A stretch of DNA of 62,966 nt from a virus (lineage: Duplodnaviria; Caudoviricetes): positions 1 to 62,966 of the IMG/VR virus record IMGVR_UViG_3300030059_001555. One strand, 5' to 3'. Below the pieces are notes generated by a model. It was not told where the DNA came from. It ran no database searches and saw nothing but the letters and a program-made list of their open reading frames with translations. A program made the position numbers and the translations under genes. Shown here in pieces: positions 10,001-19,535 of this stretch (positions are counted from its first letter, which is position 1; the number at the start of each line of letters is the position of its first letter).

Positions 10001-13000
10001 AGCAGACACCATATTACCTATGTCAGCTTTATCTAAGAACTTGACTCTATTGAAGTCTGTATCATTTGTTCTACCACCCTTATCATCTATAACATCTGTT
10101 ATATACTTAGATGTTAATAGTTGCGAGTGACCTCTAAACGCTTTACTTAAAGCTTTATCTATATCAGTATTAGTATCGAATATTAATTTAGCTATGGCAG
10201 CCATAGTATTACTGTTAGGACCTAAGTGTTCTCCTTTAAATCCTAATTTCTTTAAAGCCTCAATCTTAGCGTCAGCTTCAGATAAACCTTTTTTCTTATA
10301 GTATTTAACAGCATCCTTATAGCTTGGGTGGTTTTCACCTACAGCTTGAGATCCATCTCTAACGTCAATCAAGTCTAGTCTCGATAAACCTCTAAACCCA
10401 TTAACAATACTCGTTTGGCTTTGAAGAATATGTAGAGCTGATACCGGACTAATCTTACCCTCTCTAGTTAATGTCACTATAGTTTTAGCCACGTGTTTAG
10501 CCATTAGAATATTAGCTTTATTAGCTGCATCTATTCTCGGTTGGAGTTTAGCAAGCATCTCAAGCTTTTCTTGCTTTGATATATCTTTCTTTAATACCTT
10601 CATGATGTCTTTAAACAAGCTACCAGGAGCTCCGATGTTCATTATATTGACATCACTAGGGTTTAAACCTTTAGGTAGTTTAGATTGTCTACCTTTAACA
10701 TCCTCTTTTTGAGCTTCTAAAACGTTAAAAAACTCACCAGACTTAGGGTTTCTAATTATAACATCAAGTATGATATTAACCTCTTTAGAACTTATGCTAG
10801 TCCTCTGTTTTTCTATTGCTTCTATTAGATCTTTCTTAGCTGCTGTGTATTTTTTTGTTCCAGCCCCTATAGACGATTGGAAAGTTTCTATCTTAGCTTT
10901 GATAGTAGGAGATTTAAACATCCCCGCGATCATGATAATCTCTCGATTCAGCATTTGCTTTAACACAAACCTTGCTGGGGTTCTGTTCGGCATGTTTACG
11001 AAGAGTGATCCGTAGTCCTTGTTTAACTTCTCACTCACAGCTTTAATCGTGTCCGCTCTACTAACTGACTCGTCTATATCTAACTTTAGAGCATTAGCAA
11101 GTTTTAACAACTCACTATCACTCATGTCTTTTATTTTCACATTCTGCGAACCAGTCTTGTTCTTAGCTGGGTCCATTATTCTATTCTTATAACCAAGAAT
11201 CTCCCAACCTATAGCGTTCATTACATCTTCACCAAGTATGTTAGCTATAATACCAGCATCTGCGCCTAACTGATTCAAATGGTCTTTAGCGTAGCGTAGA
11301 TTACCAGCTGCTAAGTAAGCTTCTATAGTCTCAGCGAATTTAGGGAATATTTTTTTAAATCCCTTTATAACGGTTTTATAACCAACACTAGCACTATCAT
11401 CTACATTACCTGTTGAGTGCCAATTAACAACTGCATTAACTGTAAATTGAGGTATGTTTAGATCTTCGTATCCATCAACAAGTTTACCCGTGAACTCTCC
11501 AGTCTCTTTATCTTCAACTTCCTCTATTACAGATTCATATCCGTATTGTTTTATATCAGCTATTAATATATTAGCATCATTTCTAAACGCATCACCAGTA
11601 TATCCAGCAGGTTTTTTAGCACCACTCATACTAAACTTAACAGTAGGATCTCTATCAATCTGCTTAGCTATCATAGCTAATTCATTATCAACTTGCTCCA
11701 CTCCCTGAAGATCTAATATGCCTTGTCTCTTCTCTTGAACAGCTGGGTCTTGTAGTACTTCAGAAGTAGCATCGAAAGCTAATTCAACCCCTAACTCCAT
11801 AGCTAACTTGTCCTTTCTAGTACCTAAAGTAGAACCACCTACTTTGTAACCTAATACCTCCACCATATTTTCACCACGGAAATATGCCATGACTTTGGAT
11901 ATGCTAGGCATTTCCTTTCTAGTATGTAACTGTGGCCCTGAAGTTCTATTAGTATCCTTGGGTAGTTTGTTTTGACTGATTAACTTGTCAACCTCTGTAG
12001 GTTTTGTAATCCTCCTAGACTCTGTAAATATTCTCTGCTCTGGTTTTAAGTTACGTTCCATTTGAACTAGAGTCTCTACAGGTAAAGCTTTTATTATAGC
12101 TTTGTAATGGTTCTTTAGGAATAAGTTAAATTCAGACCTTGCACCCATTAAATCTTGTAGAGGTTTCTTTAGCTCTGTTCTAAATGCTTTCTCTAAAGCT
12201 TTCCTAAAGTCCTTAGAATTTATATCAGGTAGTTTAGTACCAAATGTTTTTATGACAGCGTTACGAACAACGTCCATCATTTTAGTGTCAAGCCTGATTG
12301 CTCTACGTAGTTTAGATTTTTGTTCTACTTCATTAATATCTAAACCTATGTTGTCAATCCTCTGCATCTCTATATCGATGTCAGCTTCAACTTGTACCAA
12401 AGGAGCTCCGTCGGAGGTGGTAGCGTCTATATCTACACTCTTTGCTGGCCCCTTGTCTTTGTATATGTTGTTGTAAACATTCCCCGCTTTATTCGAGATC
12501 TGTCCTTGAATCCAACCAAATAAACTATCGTTTACTTCTGGGTTGAAACTCTTTATGTGAGAAGATAATTCAGCTAATACATCTCTTACAAAATCCTTAG
12601 GTACAGGTCGTATCTTATACTTAGCTGCAATAAGGTTATCTAAGTAACCTTCCTCTTTAATTGTCTTAACCACGTTGTCAGCCTCAACTTGCCACAGGAA
12701 ACTACCCATACCAGGTTCAGTCATGTCATTACCGTCAGTGTCTAATTTACCTAACTTATCAATTGGTATTTTAGCATCAGCTGCGGAGTACTTGATTTTG
12801 GTACCAGATTTCACCTCTGACTTAGCTTCATCAACTAACTTACCTTTAGCACCCTCTTTAGCTACTTTAATTATAGCTTTATTTGCTTTGCCAGATTCTA
12901 TACTTTTGTTGTAATCTTTTACAAAGTTGTATACGTCCCTACCAGTATCTAGCTTGACTTCAGTTATACCGTTACTTTGTAAAAACCTTCTAACTATGTC

Positions 13001-15025
13001 ACCTATCTTAGTGAACAAACCCTCGTTAAACTTCAAGCTACCATTAAGTATACTCTCGGACATTATAGTTATAGTCTCCTCCCCTAGGTTTGCACTACTC
13101 TCGTAAGACTTCAACCTACTCTTTAAAGCTTGTTGGTCACCATCTAAAGTGTCTATGTGCTTATTTAGAGCATCGGCTAATTTCTTACCTATACTTACAT
13201 CGCCTTTCAACGTCTTGCTTAGGACGGCGTGTAAAAATTCATGTGCAGCAACTCCAACTGCTGGTCTATCTTTGTTTAGTATTATCTCAAAACTACCGTC
13301 ACTAAACTCTCTTATGAAACCAAATTGCCCAGCAGCATCTCTAGAGTCAACTTCCTCACCAAGATCCATATCAGCGATCTCTTCAGATGTCATCTGTTTA
13401 ACTTCACCATTTAAACCAGCTACTTTAATTTGCTCCTTTATCTTTTCAGCTGCTCTATCAGATTCAGCCTTTAAAGCTTCTTCCTTAACTAGCGTTATAG
13501 AGTTGTTTAAGTTTTTAGCTTGATTGCTTAAGCTCTTTATAGCATGATCGTAATCCTCTTTTGTTATCTCACCTTCGCTTAATTCTTCTTGGAGTTTATT
13601 TACTTTCTTACCTATCTCGTCCTTCTGTTCTAACGCTCCAACCAAGCCGGACTTCTGCTCTTCAGTCAAGTACTTATGTAGGTTTCTAGTGTTTACAACG
13701 TAATCTTTAAGCGCTCCTTCAACTGCATCTATCTCGATTTGTATCGAGTCCTTTACAGTTTTGCTTTTAGACTTGTTCCTTCTCCTGTTTAGTTCAGCTA
13801 AAGTGTCTATAGCTCCAGTTATCTTATTTAGGGATGCTTCATCGTTCCTCAACGCTCTATTCAGGGCTTTACCACCACCAGCCATAACACCACCTCCAAT
13901 AACTCCCATGAAGTATTCTTCCAGTCCTTCGTCACTAGTTATGTGATCCCATGCTTGCTTGGATGCTTCTTTAATTGAGACTTGTGAACCGATCGCATCG
14001 TTAAACTTAGTAACCCCACCTTGTAGTAACTCAGTTATACCTTCTTTGTTCATGGTACCAATCAAACTACCAGCGGCTTTATTGGCTACAGCTTTACCAA
14101 CAGCGTGTTTCATTATACCTTTAAACCCTATCTTCTCAAGTCCGTAAGCTACGGCTCCTAGAGCCATCGGTATAACCACCTCAGCTTTCCCGTCGTTAAC
14201 CAACTTCTCGATAGCATCAGGGTCGTCGTCACCATAGATAGCCTTGGCTTTGGCTGTGTTATATGAAACGTACATTGGTGCTGTCATTTGAGGTATCAAG
14301 CTAAGCCCTCCAGTTGCTGCGGCTGGTATAACAGTCTCTGCTGTACCATATATAGCATTACCTATACCAGCTATAATATCCGCTGCACTACCTTCTCTAA
14401 ATCCCACAACAACACCTTTACCGGTGTCTTTAGTTTTTAGTTTTATCTCTCCTTCTAGACCTATATCTAGTTTGCTCAAGTCTGACTCTATATCTTGACC
14501 GGAGTTTAACTTATCTACTAATTTCAAAGCGTTTATACCCTCTTCTTTCACGGCATCAGCAACGATGTCTATTCCAAGAGCTCTAAACTGCTTTTCGTTA
14601 ACAGCTTGAGCCATGGACATATAGCTAGCGAATGTAGTAAGAAGCTTCTCAGGTATGTTGTTTACAATGTGCTTCAAGTTCTCACCAGCTTGTTGTCTTT
14701 CTTTTTTATCGCCCAAGCTACCGACGGCTTCCATAGCCTTCTCTGCAAAACTCTTGACAAATAATGGGTGCCCAAAGGGTAGTAGCGGAGTGTTAACTTC
14801 TTGTGATTCCAAAGAACCACTTCCCAAATTTGAATCCGTATTGTTTTGAGACTGACCCGCCTCTTGATTTGGTACTGCATTTTCCTGTCCCGTCGGCGCA
14901 CCTTCCGCAGGACTTTCTTGGTTTCCCGACACTAAAGTAGCATTAGGATGTTTTTCTAAAAATCGTTGTTCGTCCTCAGGTCTAACTTTTATAAGTTTAC
15001 CATTCTCTAATCTGTATTCTATCAT
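7055..15025 (-). CDS. giant multidomain internal virion (ejection) protein
   Basis: 2656 aa, after the pilot-like genes. HEFLH zincin motif (13229-13243), HAD motifs (FDFDET/LTAR/FVDD, ~9380-9870), two C-terminal CCCH fingers. Confidence 0.7.
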   Translation of the reverse strand: MIEYRLENGKLIKVRPEDEQRFLEKHPNATLVSGNQESPAEGAPTGQENAVPNQEAGQSQNNTDSNLGSGSLESQEVNTPLLPFGHPLFVKSFAEKAMEAVGSLGDKKERQQAGENLKHIVNNIPEKLLTTFASYMSMAQAVNEKQFRALGIDIVADAVKEEGINALKLVDKLNSGQDIESDLSKLDIGLEGEIKLKTKDTGKGVVVGFREGSAADIIAGIGNAIYGTAETVIPAAATGGLSLIPQMTAPMYVSYNTAKAKAIYGDDDPDAIEKLVNDGKAEVVIPMALGAVAYGLEKIGFKGIMKHAVGKAVANKAAGSLIGTMNKEGITELLQGGVTKFNDAIGSQVSIKEASKQAWDHITSDEGLEEYFMGVIGGGVMAGGGKALNRALRNDEASLNKITGAIDTLAELNRRRNKSKSKTVKDSIQIEIDAVEGALKDYVVNTRNLHKYLTEEQKSGLVGALEQKDEIGKKVNKLQEELSEGEITKEDYDHAIKSLSNQAKNLNNSITLVKEEALKAESDRAAEKIKEQIKVAGLNGEVKQMTSEEIADMDLGEEVDSRDAAGQFGFIREFSDGSFEIILNKDRPAVGVAAHEFLHAVLSKTLKGDVSIGKKLADALNKHIDTLDGDQQALKSRLKSYESSANLGEETITIMSESILNGSLKFNEGLFTKIGDIVRRFLQSNGITEVKLDTGRDVYNFVKDYNKSIESGKANKAIIKVAKEGAKGKLVDEAKSEVKSGTKIKYSAADAKIPIDKLGKLDTDGNDMTEPGMGSFLWQVEADNVVKTIKEEGYLDNLIAAKYKIRPVPKDFVRDVLAELSSHIKSFNPEVNDSLFGWIQGQISNKAGNVYNNIYKDKGPAKSVDIDATTSDGAPLVQVEADIDIEMQRIDNIGLDINEVEQKSKLRRAIRLDTKMMDVVRNAVIKTFGTKLPDINSKDFRKALEKAFRTELKKPLQDLMGARSEFNLFLKNHYKAIIKALPVETLVQMERNLKPEQRIFTESRRITKPTEVDKLISQNKLPKDTNRTSGPQLHTRKEMPSISKVMAYFRGENMVEVLGYKVGGSTLGTRKDKLAMELGVELAFDATSEVLQDPAVQEKRQGILDLQGVEQVDNELAMIAKQIDRDPTVKFSMSGAKKPAGYTGDAFRNDANILIADIKQYGYESVIEEVEDKETGEFTGKLVDGYEDLNIPQFTVNAVVNWHSTGNVDDSASVGYKTVIKGFKKIFPKFAETIEAYLAAGNLRYAKDHLNQLGADAGIIANILGEDVMNAIGWEILGYKNRIMDPAKNKTGSQNVKIKDMSDSELLKLANALKLDIDESVSRADTIKAVSEKLNKDYGSLFVNMPNRTPARFVLKQMLNREIIMIAGMFKSPTIKAKIETFQSSIGAGTKKYTAAKKDLIEAIEKQRTSISSKEVNIILDVIIRNPKSGEFFNVLEAQKEDVKGRQSKLPKGLNPSDVNIMNIGAPGSLFKDIMKVLKKDISKQEKLEMLAKLQPRIDAANKANILMAKHVAKTIVTLTREGKISPVSALHILQSQTSIVNGFRGLSRLDLIDVRDGSQAVGENHPSYKDAVKYYKKKGLSEADAKIEALKKLGFKGEHLGPNSNTMAAIAKLIFDTNTDIDKALSKAFRGHSQLLTSKYITDVIDDKGGRTNDTDFNRVKFLDKADIGNMVSAANQSYIDVLANHEVSILIEDLFVDNSKAVELQALDNEPVSVKYSKSKGMSTFDFDETLIIGGKNFVVATKDGKTIKIRSEEWPIKGPALAAQGYEFDFSDFAKVRGGKEGPLLQKMKNQVRKYGAKNIFVLTARQQDAAGPIHEWLKSQGINIPIENVTGLGKSEGSAKGEWMLQKFTEGYNDMYFVDDAMPNVNAVKQVLDQLDIKSKVVQAKVKFSKSASQDFNKMLENSKGVGADVEISSAAAKLKGAKKGRFNFFVPPSAEDFKGLMYSFLGKGKQGEADLLWFKNNLFDPFAKGIREMDSIKQTMTEEYKAIKKNFPTTIKGLNKKIAGTDFTLDNAIRVYLWKEAGFEIPGLSEKEINAMWSAVKADATNEAFANALSAISRSVDGYTKPSEFWVAETIASDLANIVNKVNRSQYLAEWIDNKNMVFSKENLNKIEAIYGTNFREALENILFRMESGTNRPAGQDKVVNKFLNWINGSVGAVMFFNTRSAVLQTLSTVNFLNFEENNIFAAAKAFANQKQFWSDFAMIYNSDMLKQRRAGLKIDVSASELTDAFSKGKSRPEAIIAYLLQIGFTPTQIADSFAISMGGSTYYRNKFKKYLSEGMSKAEAETQAFLDFQEIAEETQQSSRPDFISQQQSGTLGRIILAWANTPMQMTRLTKKALSDLVNGRGSVKANVSKILYYGMVQNFIFGSLQTGLAFLAFGDEEDEEKTQTKEIRVANGMLDTLLRGTGVYGAAVSTVKNVVLKWREESAKGYGRKDWSRLVQEIVNLSPPIGTKIRKIMNAVKTYDYNDDVIKKMGPGINNPAWSVFGNVVEAVTNAPVARLINKANNVRQVLTGNMDMWQRAAILMGWSTWSVGVEDQELVDAKAEVKADRKKTSNDKSKQKKVDSKKKKASIKTVRCSGIKSSGSRCSIQVETNAKSAKCTYHKAYKPNEGSDRDKDGIKEYQCKSKTGSGKRCKNRTENKNKKCYAHQ

Positions 15026-15063
15026 GACTGTTTCGTTCGTTACCCGTTAATATGTATTGTTAT

Positions 15064-16173
15064 TTATTTAACCCAAGCACCTTCATCATCTACACTTTCA
15101 CCGTCACCTAAATCCTCGCTCGAGGCTCGACTTGTAGTTTGTGAATCCTCATACATGGTATCTATTTCATCACTAGAGAATACCTCTGTCCCATCTTCTA
15201 ATGTAACATTGCCTTCATTTTCTGCGGGTTCAGTAACACCGCTTTTTTTCTTACCCCCACCATTGTTACCAACGTAAGTTGTATAATAATCCGCAAGCAC
15301 TTCTTTCATTTCAATCTCGTCCTGCTCTAAATGCGTTGCAATGGTCTCAGCTTCTTCAGCGTCTATACCATCACTTATATCAACACCTTCTACTTCTAAT
15401 AAATCCTCTTCCGTTATACCTAAATCAGAATATGATTTGTTAGTTAAACTTTCTACTAAATCATTTCTGAATACTCTACCAGGAATTATCTCATCATTAA
15501 TCAAAGACTTGTATTTACCTTTTGAAACCATAGAGTTCATAAGAGTAGTCCTAGTTTTATTGAAATCAAAATCATCATCGTCAGCTTGAGTCTTAATTCT
15601 AAACGCTTCTAATTGATCTATAGATGCTGTGTCTATCTTATTACCATCCAAGCTTTGCTTGATACTAGATATAGATTTCCATTCACCTTCCACTTCAATA
15701 CCTATCCTACCATTCTTCTTTACTAAATTCTTACCATCACCTTTGAGTATATCTAAGTACATCTCTCCTTCTGGGCTATTAGTAAATGCTGGTGATAGAT
15801 CATCTTTGTTGATTGCCACATCTTCTCTCAAAGCTTTGTAGTCAGCATAATCCCCAGCCATAGCTTTTAAATCTCTAACTTGAAGATCTCTACTCTTCTT
15901 ATCTGCATTAGCAAAATCTTCTTTACCTAATGCTAGCTCATCATACAATGCTTCATACTGCTCACCAACTAAATCTGAGTTGTCCAATACTGATTCTGAG
16001 TAAGCGTCATACTTAGCGTTACGCACAGTGTGTTTAGCTTTAACAGCAGCCATGTAAGTATTTAAACCCTTACTTATGGATTGCGTCATATCCGCCACTT
16101 GTTTATTACCAACAACACCTTGCGGTTCGTTAGCTTTATAAGCCCCTGTTATTAATGTTGAATCTACTGCCAT
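15064..16173 (-). CDS. putative internal virion protein
   Basis: Helical with acidic tail; sits between the pilot-like and giant genes. Confidence 0.5.
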   Translation of the reverse strand: MAVDSTLITGAYKANEPQGVVGNKQVADMTQSISKGLNTYMAAVKAKHTVRNAKYDAYSESVLDNSDLVGEQYEALYDELALGKEDFANADKKSRDLQVRDLKAMAGDYADYKALREDVAINKDDLSPAFTNSPEGEMYLDILKGDGKNLVKKNGRIGIEVEGEWKSISSIKQSLDGNKIDTASIDQLEAFRIKTQADDDDFDFNKTRTTLMNSMVSKGKYKSLINDEIIPGRVFRNDLVESLTNKSYSDLGITEEDLLEVEGVDISDGIDAEEAETIATHLEQDEIEMKEVLADYYTTYVGNNGGGKKKSGVTEPAENEGNVTLEDGTEVFSSDEIDTMYEDSQTTSRASSEDLGDGESVDDEGAWVK

Positions 16174-16189
16174 AATTTATTTATTTTTA

Positions 16190-16828
16190 CTACTCCTTAA
16201 GACCTGCTGTTGCGTATGAACTTGCTGCGCTTGCCACACCTTGTACTCCACCTGATATTGCATCCCACTTAGCTTGCTCAGCCATAGATGCTTGATTTCT
16301 GGCTGCAGCCGTCTCTTGCTGTGACATACCTAGTAGAGTACCTGTTTGGTCTTTCTTCATTTGTCTAGATTTGACTTCACCCATTCTTTCTCTAGTTTGT
16401 ATCATTGAAGCTTGTTGTGCTGCCATTCTTTGATTGTTCGATTCCTGTGTACCAATACTGGCAGAAGCTTGCTGTGCTGATAATTGACCTGACTGAGCCA
16501 TTGTCTGTGCTAGTGCCGCTATACCAGATCCACCAGCTGCACCTCTCAAGCTACCTAAAGTATTAGCTTGAGTTTGTTGATTTTGTTGTGCTTGGAATTG
16601 GGCTTGCTTCTGGTTGACAGTCAAGTCCTCCATAGTATTCTCCATGTTCAAGAAAGGGTTACTAGTATCTAAATTTGCATAGACACCTTTTAACCTATCC
16701 ATCTCCACCCTCTTCTGCTTCTCATCAGCCTCAGCTTTTCTCTGTGCCTTAGCAGCTCTACTTGCTCCTATACCGGCTCCTATTAAACTGGTTGCGGCAC
16801 CTGCTATACCTACTACTAGAAAACTCAT
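16190..16828 (-). CDS. putative DNA pilot/ejection protein
   Basis: G/A-rich hydrophobic N-terminus, Q/A-rich coiled coil typical of podovirus ejection proteins. Confidence 0.55.
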   Translation of the reverse strand: MSFLVVGIAGAATSLIGAGIGASRAAKAQRKAEADEKQKRVEMDRLKGVYANLDTSNPFLNMENTMEDLTVNQKQAQFQAQQNQQTQANTLGSLRGAAGGSGIAALAQTMAQSGQLSAQQASASIGTQESNNQRMAAQQASMIQTRERMGEVKSRQMKKDQTGTLLGMSQQETAAARNQASMAEQAKWDAISGGVQGVASAASSYATAGLKE

Positions 16829-16831
16829 ATC

Positions 16832-17311
16832 TTATTTATTTTTATTAATATATTCTTCATATTCCTCGAACGTTGCTGATACGATCTCTCTCTCTAACTC
16901 CTCGACGTCTTGGCAGTTTGTAGGGTTCTTGTGAACATTTACAAATACACAATCTTCGTTTGCATAAATAACTCTTTTAGTTCCAGGTGTAGACAACACG
17001 TGACACGGTGCTATATATTCTAAACTCTCTTCCTCTGTAGCTACAGTGATACACCCAGACAATAAAAACCATACATGTAAATGATTATGTATAGCTCCGA
17101 CAACTAAACTGTCTTTATTCATTGTCATTTGTCTAACATAAATACCGTCAGCGAATGTATGTTCTAATGGGAATATATCAGAGTTTTGATGAGTAACTAC
17201 ATTGACTTCGTCTGCATTCTCAACTAATAAATTTTGTAACCCCTGTATCTGCTCTCTGGTATTTAAAGCTATCTCACTACTCTCAGCTTTTGATAATTCA
17301 TTCTTAGGCAT
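16832..17311 (-). CDS. cupin-fold protein
   Basis: HTFADGIYVRQM...GAIHNHLH...TKRVIYA. Confidence 0.6.
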   Translation of the reverse strand: MPKNELSKAESSEIALNTREQIQGLQNLLVENADEVNVVTHQNSDIFPLEHTFADGIYVRQMTMNKDSLVVGAIHNHLHVWFLLSGCITVATEEESLEYIAPCHVLSTPGTKRVIYANEDCVFVNVHKNPTNCQDVEELEREIVSATFEEYEEYINKNK

Positions 17312-17335
17312 ATAATTATATTTGATTTACTCATA

Positions 17336-17367
17336 TATAATCACAGTCATAAGACTTTATTTACTAC
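17336..17367 (-). promoter_or_regulatory. class II promoter-like motif
   Basis: GTAGTAAAT-N13-TGTGATTATA; same boxes and spacing as 43004-43035. Confidence 0.65.
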
Positions 17368-17728
17368 TACCAAATATCTCACACGCGGTAGAGAACATCT
17401 CCCCTTTCACCGTTGAATCGTTTTTAAACTTAACTTGTGCGTAGTACCCTAGTGGTGAAGCCATATTAACTCGGTTATCCTTGCTGAATAGTATAAAACT
17501 ATCCTCCACTGGTTTTGCACTTCCCGACCCGTTAGTAGTGCAAGTGATAGTGTTCGCAGAGTTATCAATAATACTTATAAGCCCTATCTCAAACAACTTA
17601 TCGTTATTAGTGACTGAAGTCGATATACTAAAACCCGCAACAGTATCAGGCGAGCAGTAGTATGCTGTATCCCCAACCTGAGCTGATGTATTTATATCGT
17701 TTGAAAATGTTAATGTTATATCAGGCAT
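17357..17728 (-). CDS. virion structural protein
   Basis: Tail module context. Confidence 0.5.
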   Translation of the reverse strand: MPDITLTFSNDINTSAQVGDTAYYCSPDTVAGFSISTSVTNNDKLFEIGLISIIDNSANTITCTTNGSGSAKPVEDSFILFSKDNRVNMASPLGYYAQVKFKNDSTVKGEMFSTACEIFGSSK

Positions 17729-17737
17729 AGTATGTTT

Positions 17738-19534
17738 TTAAGCAAATGTGAATATTTCAGATAAATCTATTGTGTAAACTTGATTTTGATAACCAAATCT
17801 AGTACATCTTATAGAACCAGTTATAGTAGCAAAATCATTTGCATCAGCTGAGACGTCTGAAGTCCCTTCGCCTATGTACGCTTTAAGATTATAAAATTTT
17901 ACAATATCTCTATTACCACTTATAGTAGCTGCAAACTGTGACTTATCGAAGATGTTATGTGTTACAACGCCTGTGGCATTTGTAATTGCGGTAGTGTTAT
18001 TTTGATTTAAAGAGAATGTTCCAACGTCAGTAACTCTAATCTCGAAATTAATAACACGTGTTGTGCTAGCAAGTTTAGGATTTGATGAAGGTGGCATTAA
18101 TGGTATGCCAGTTTTATTAGCTCCACTACCACCAAAATCAGGTATACTACTAATATTGTAATCACTATGTGTATATGCCCACCCAGCTGGTAGAGCTGTT
18201 GCTGCAAACTCTATGTTAACTTTAGGATATTGATAAAACTTATTAGTTACTATAGAGTTTATAGCTCCGATATTTACAGATGTACCACCTGTCTTTATAA
18301 CATTAGACTTTATAATAGTATTTATACCAGCTGTTATTTTCATCTCAAACTCCTTCCGACCTGTAGTCGTGAAAGAAGCGATGTCAGGCATTTTAAAAGA
18401 GTACACCCCACTTTTTGGTATAGTGACAGAACCTATTGGCATGTTGGGAATTATACCATCAAAGAACTCTACAGCCCCGGTATTGGTAGATCTACTATTA
18501 CTACCACCCTCAACTACTTTAGTCTCTTTAAACTCTACTTCAAATACAGCTCCAGGCGTACCATACACTTTAACTACAGGTGTGGCGCTAGCCGTTATAC
18601 CGCTACTTGGTATTACATTAGAACTACCACTGGGTAAACTTCCTAAATCTGTTGTCACGTTTGTTATTGACCGACTTCTCTTAGCTGGAGAAGTTATATC
18701 AGTTTTGATTCCAATTACCTGGGTAGCGTACAAATTACTAAGGACTGCAGTTCCAGCGTATGGTATATATACAAAATCTACTTGTGGAGTGAAGTATAAA
18801 GTGAAGGTTTTTTGAGTTGCCTTAGTACCAGAACTGGTTTCAACTGATAAGTCACCTTCTCCAATGTCTGGATATTCGGTGTATTCCCATCTAAAGCCAG
18901 AAGTTGTGTCGGTATCCATAAGCCAACTTGTAAGGGAGCCAGTAGAAAATTTTAAGAAGTTAACGTAATTACTTGGATCCGCATGTTCACTAGCGCTAAA
19001 TACTATAGTAGCTACTTTAGTTTCAACATCTACTTGTGCATCAAAAGTGAACTCATGTCGTTTGTATTTTGTAACCCACGATACAGACCCACCCGCCAAC
19101 TGAGTGGTTACGGTTACCCCAGGCTCTAGCTGGAGAGCAGTGCTTCCATTGTCGAAAAAAGATACGTATTCAAGTACGTTTACATAGGTTGTATAATAAG
19201 GATAAGTCCAGGCTTCTCCGTCTATATCCACAGTGAGGGTTGTATCCTCTGTTATAGAATACTCAGAGTACAGGTTTACAGTTATCCTAACTTTATTATC
19301 ACTAGTATACTCTGTAGTTGTATCAGTGAGTATTAATTTCCCAGTTTCTCCAAAGTCAATAATACCTTGTACATAACTAGAAAACGTATCATATGTATTA
19401 TCTTGGAAATCCTTAGCAGCAACAAAGTATCCCTCGTCGGGTATTATATACAACTCATATGCTGTTATATTACCCTCTCCAGAGGTTTGTGCTACTACTA
19501 TTTCACCTTCAATTGAACAATTTACTAGTGCCAT
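17738..19534 (-). CDS. tail-associated structural protein
   Basis: T/S/G-rich beta protein following the nozzle gene. Confidence 0.5.
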   Translation of the reverse strand: MALVNCSIEGEIVVAQTSGEGNITAYELYIIPDEGYFVAAKDFQDNTYDTFSSYVQGIIDFGETGKLILTDTTTEYTSDNKVRITVNLYSEYSITEDTTLTVDIDGEAWTYPYYTTYVNVLEYVSFFDNGSTALQLEPGVTVTTQLAGGSVSWVTKYKRHEFTFDAQVDVETKVATIVFSASEHADPSNYVNFLKFSTGSLTSWLMDTDTTSGFRWEYTEYPDIGEGDLSVETSSGTKATQKTFTLYFTPQVDFVYIPYAGTAVLSNLYATQVIGIKTDITSPAKRSRSITNVTTDLGSLPSGSSNVIPSSGITASATPVVKVYGTPGAVFEVEFKETKVVEGGSNSRSTNTGAVEFFDGIIPNMPIGSVTIPKSGVYSFKMPDIASFTTTGRKEFEMKITAGINTIIKSNVIKTGGTSVNIGAINSIVTNKFYQYPKVNIEFAATALPAGWAYTHSDYNISSIPDFGGSGANKTGIPLMPPSSNPKLASTTRVINFEIRVTDVGTFSLNQNNTTAITNATGVVTHNIFDKSQFAATISGNRDIVKFYNLKAYIGEGTSDVSADANDFATITGSIRCTRFGYQNQVYTIDLSEIFTFA

Positions 19535-19535
19535 A

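Noticed and set aside
7055-15025. crAss/N4-type virion RNA polymerase
   Set aside because: No DxDxD catalytic motif in an RNAP context; DFDET belongs to a complete HAD motif set
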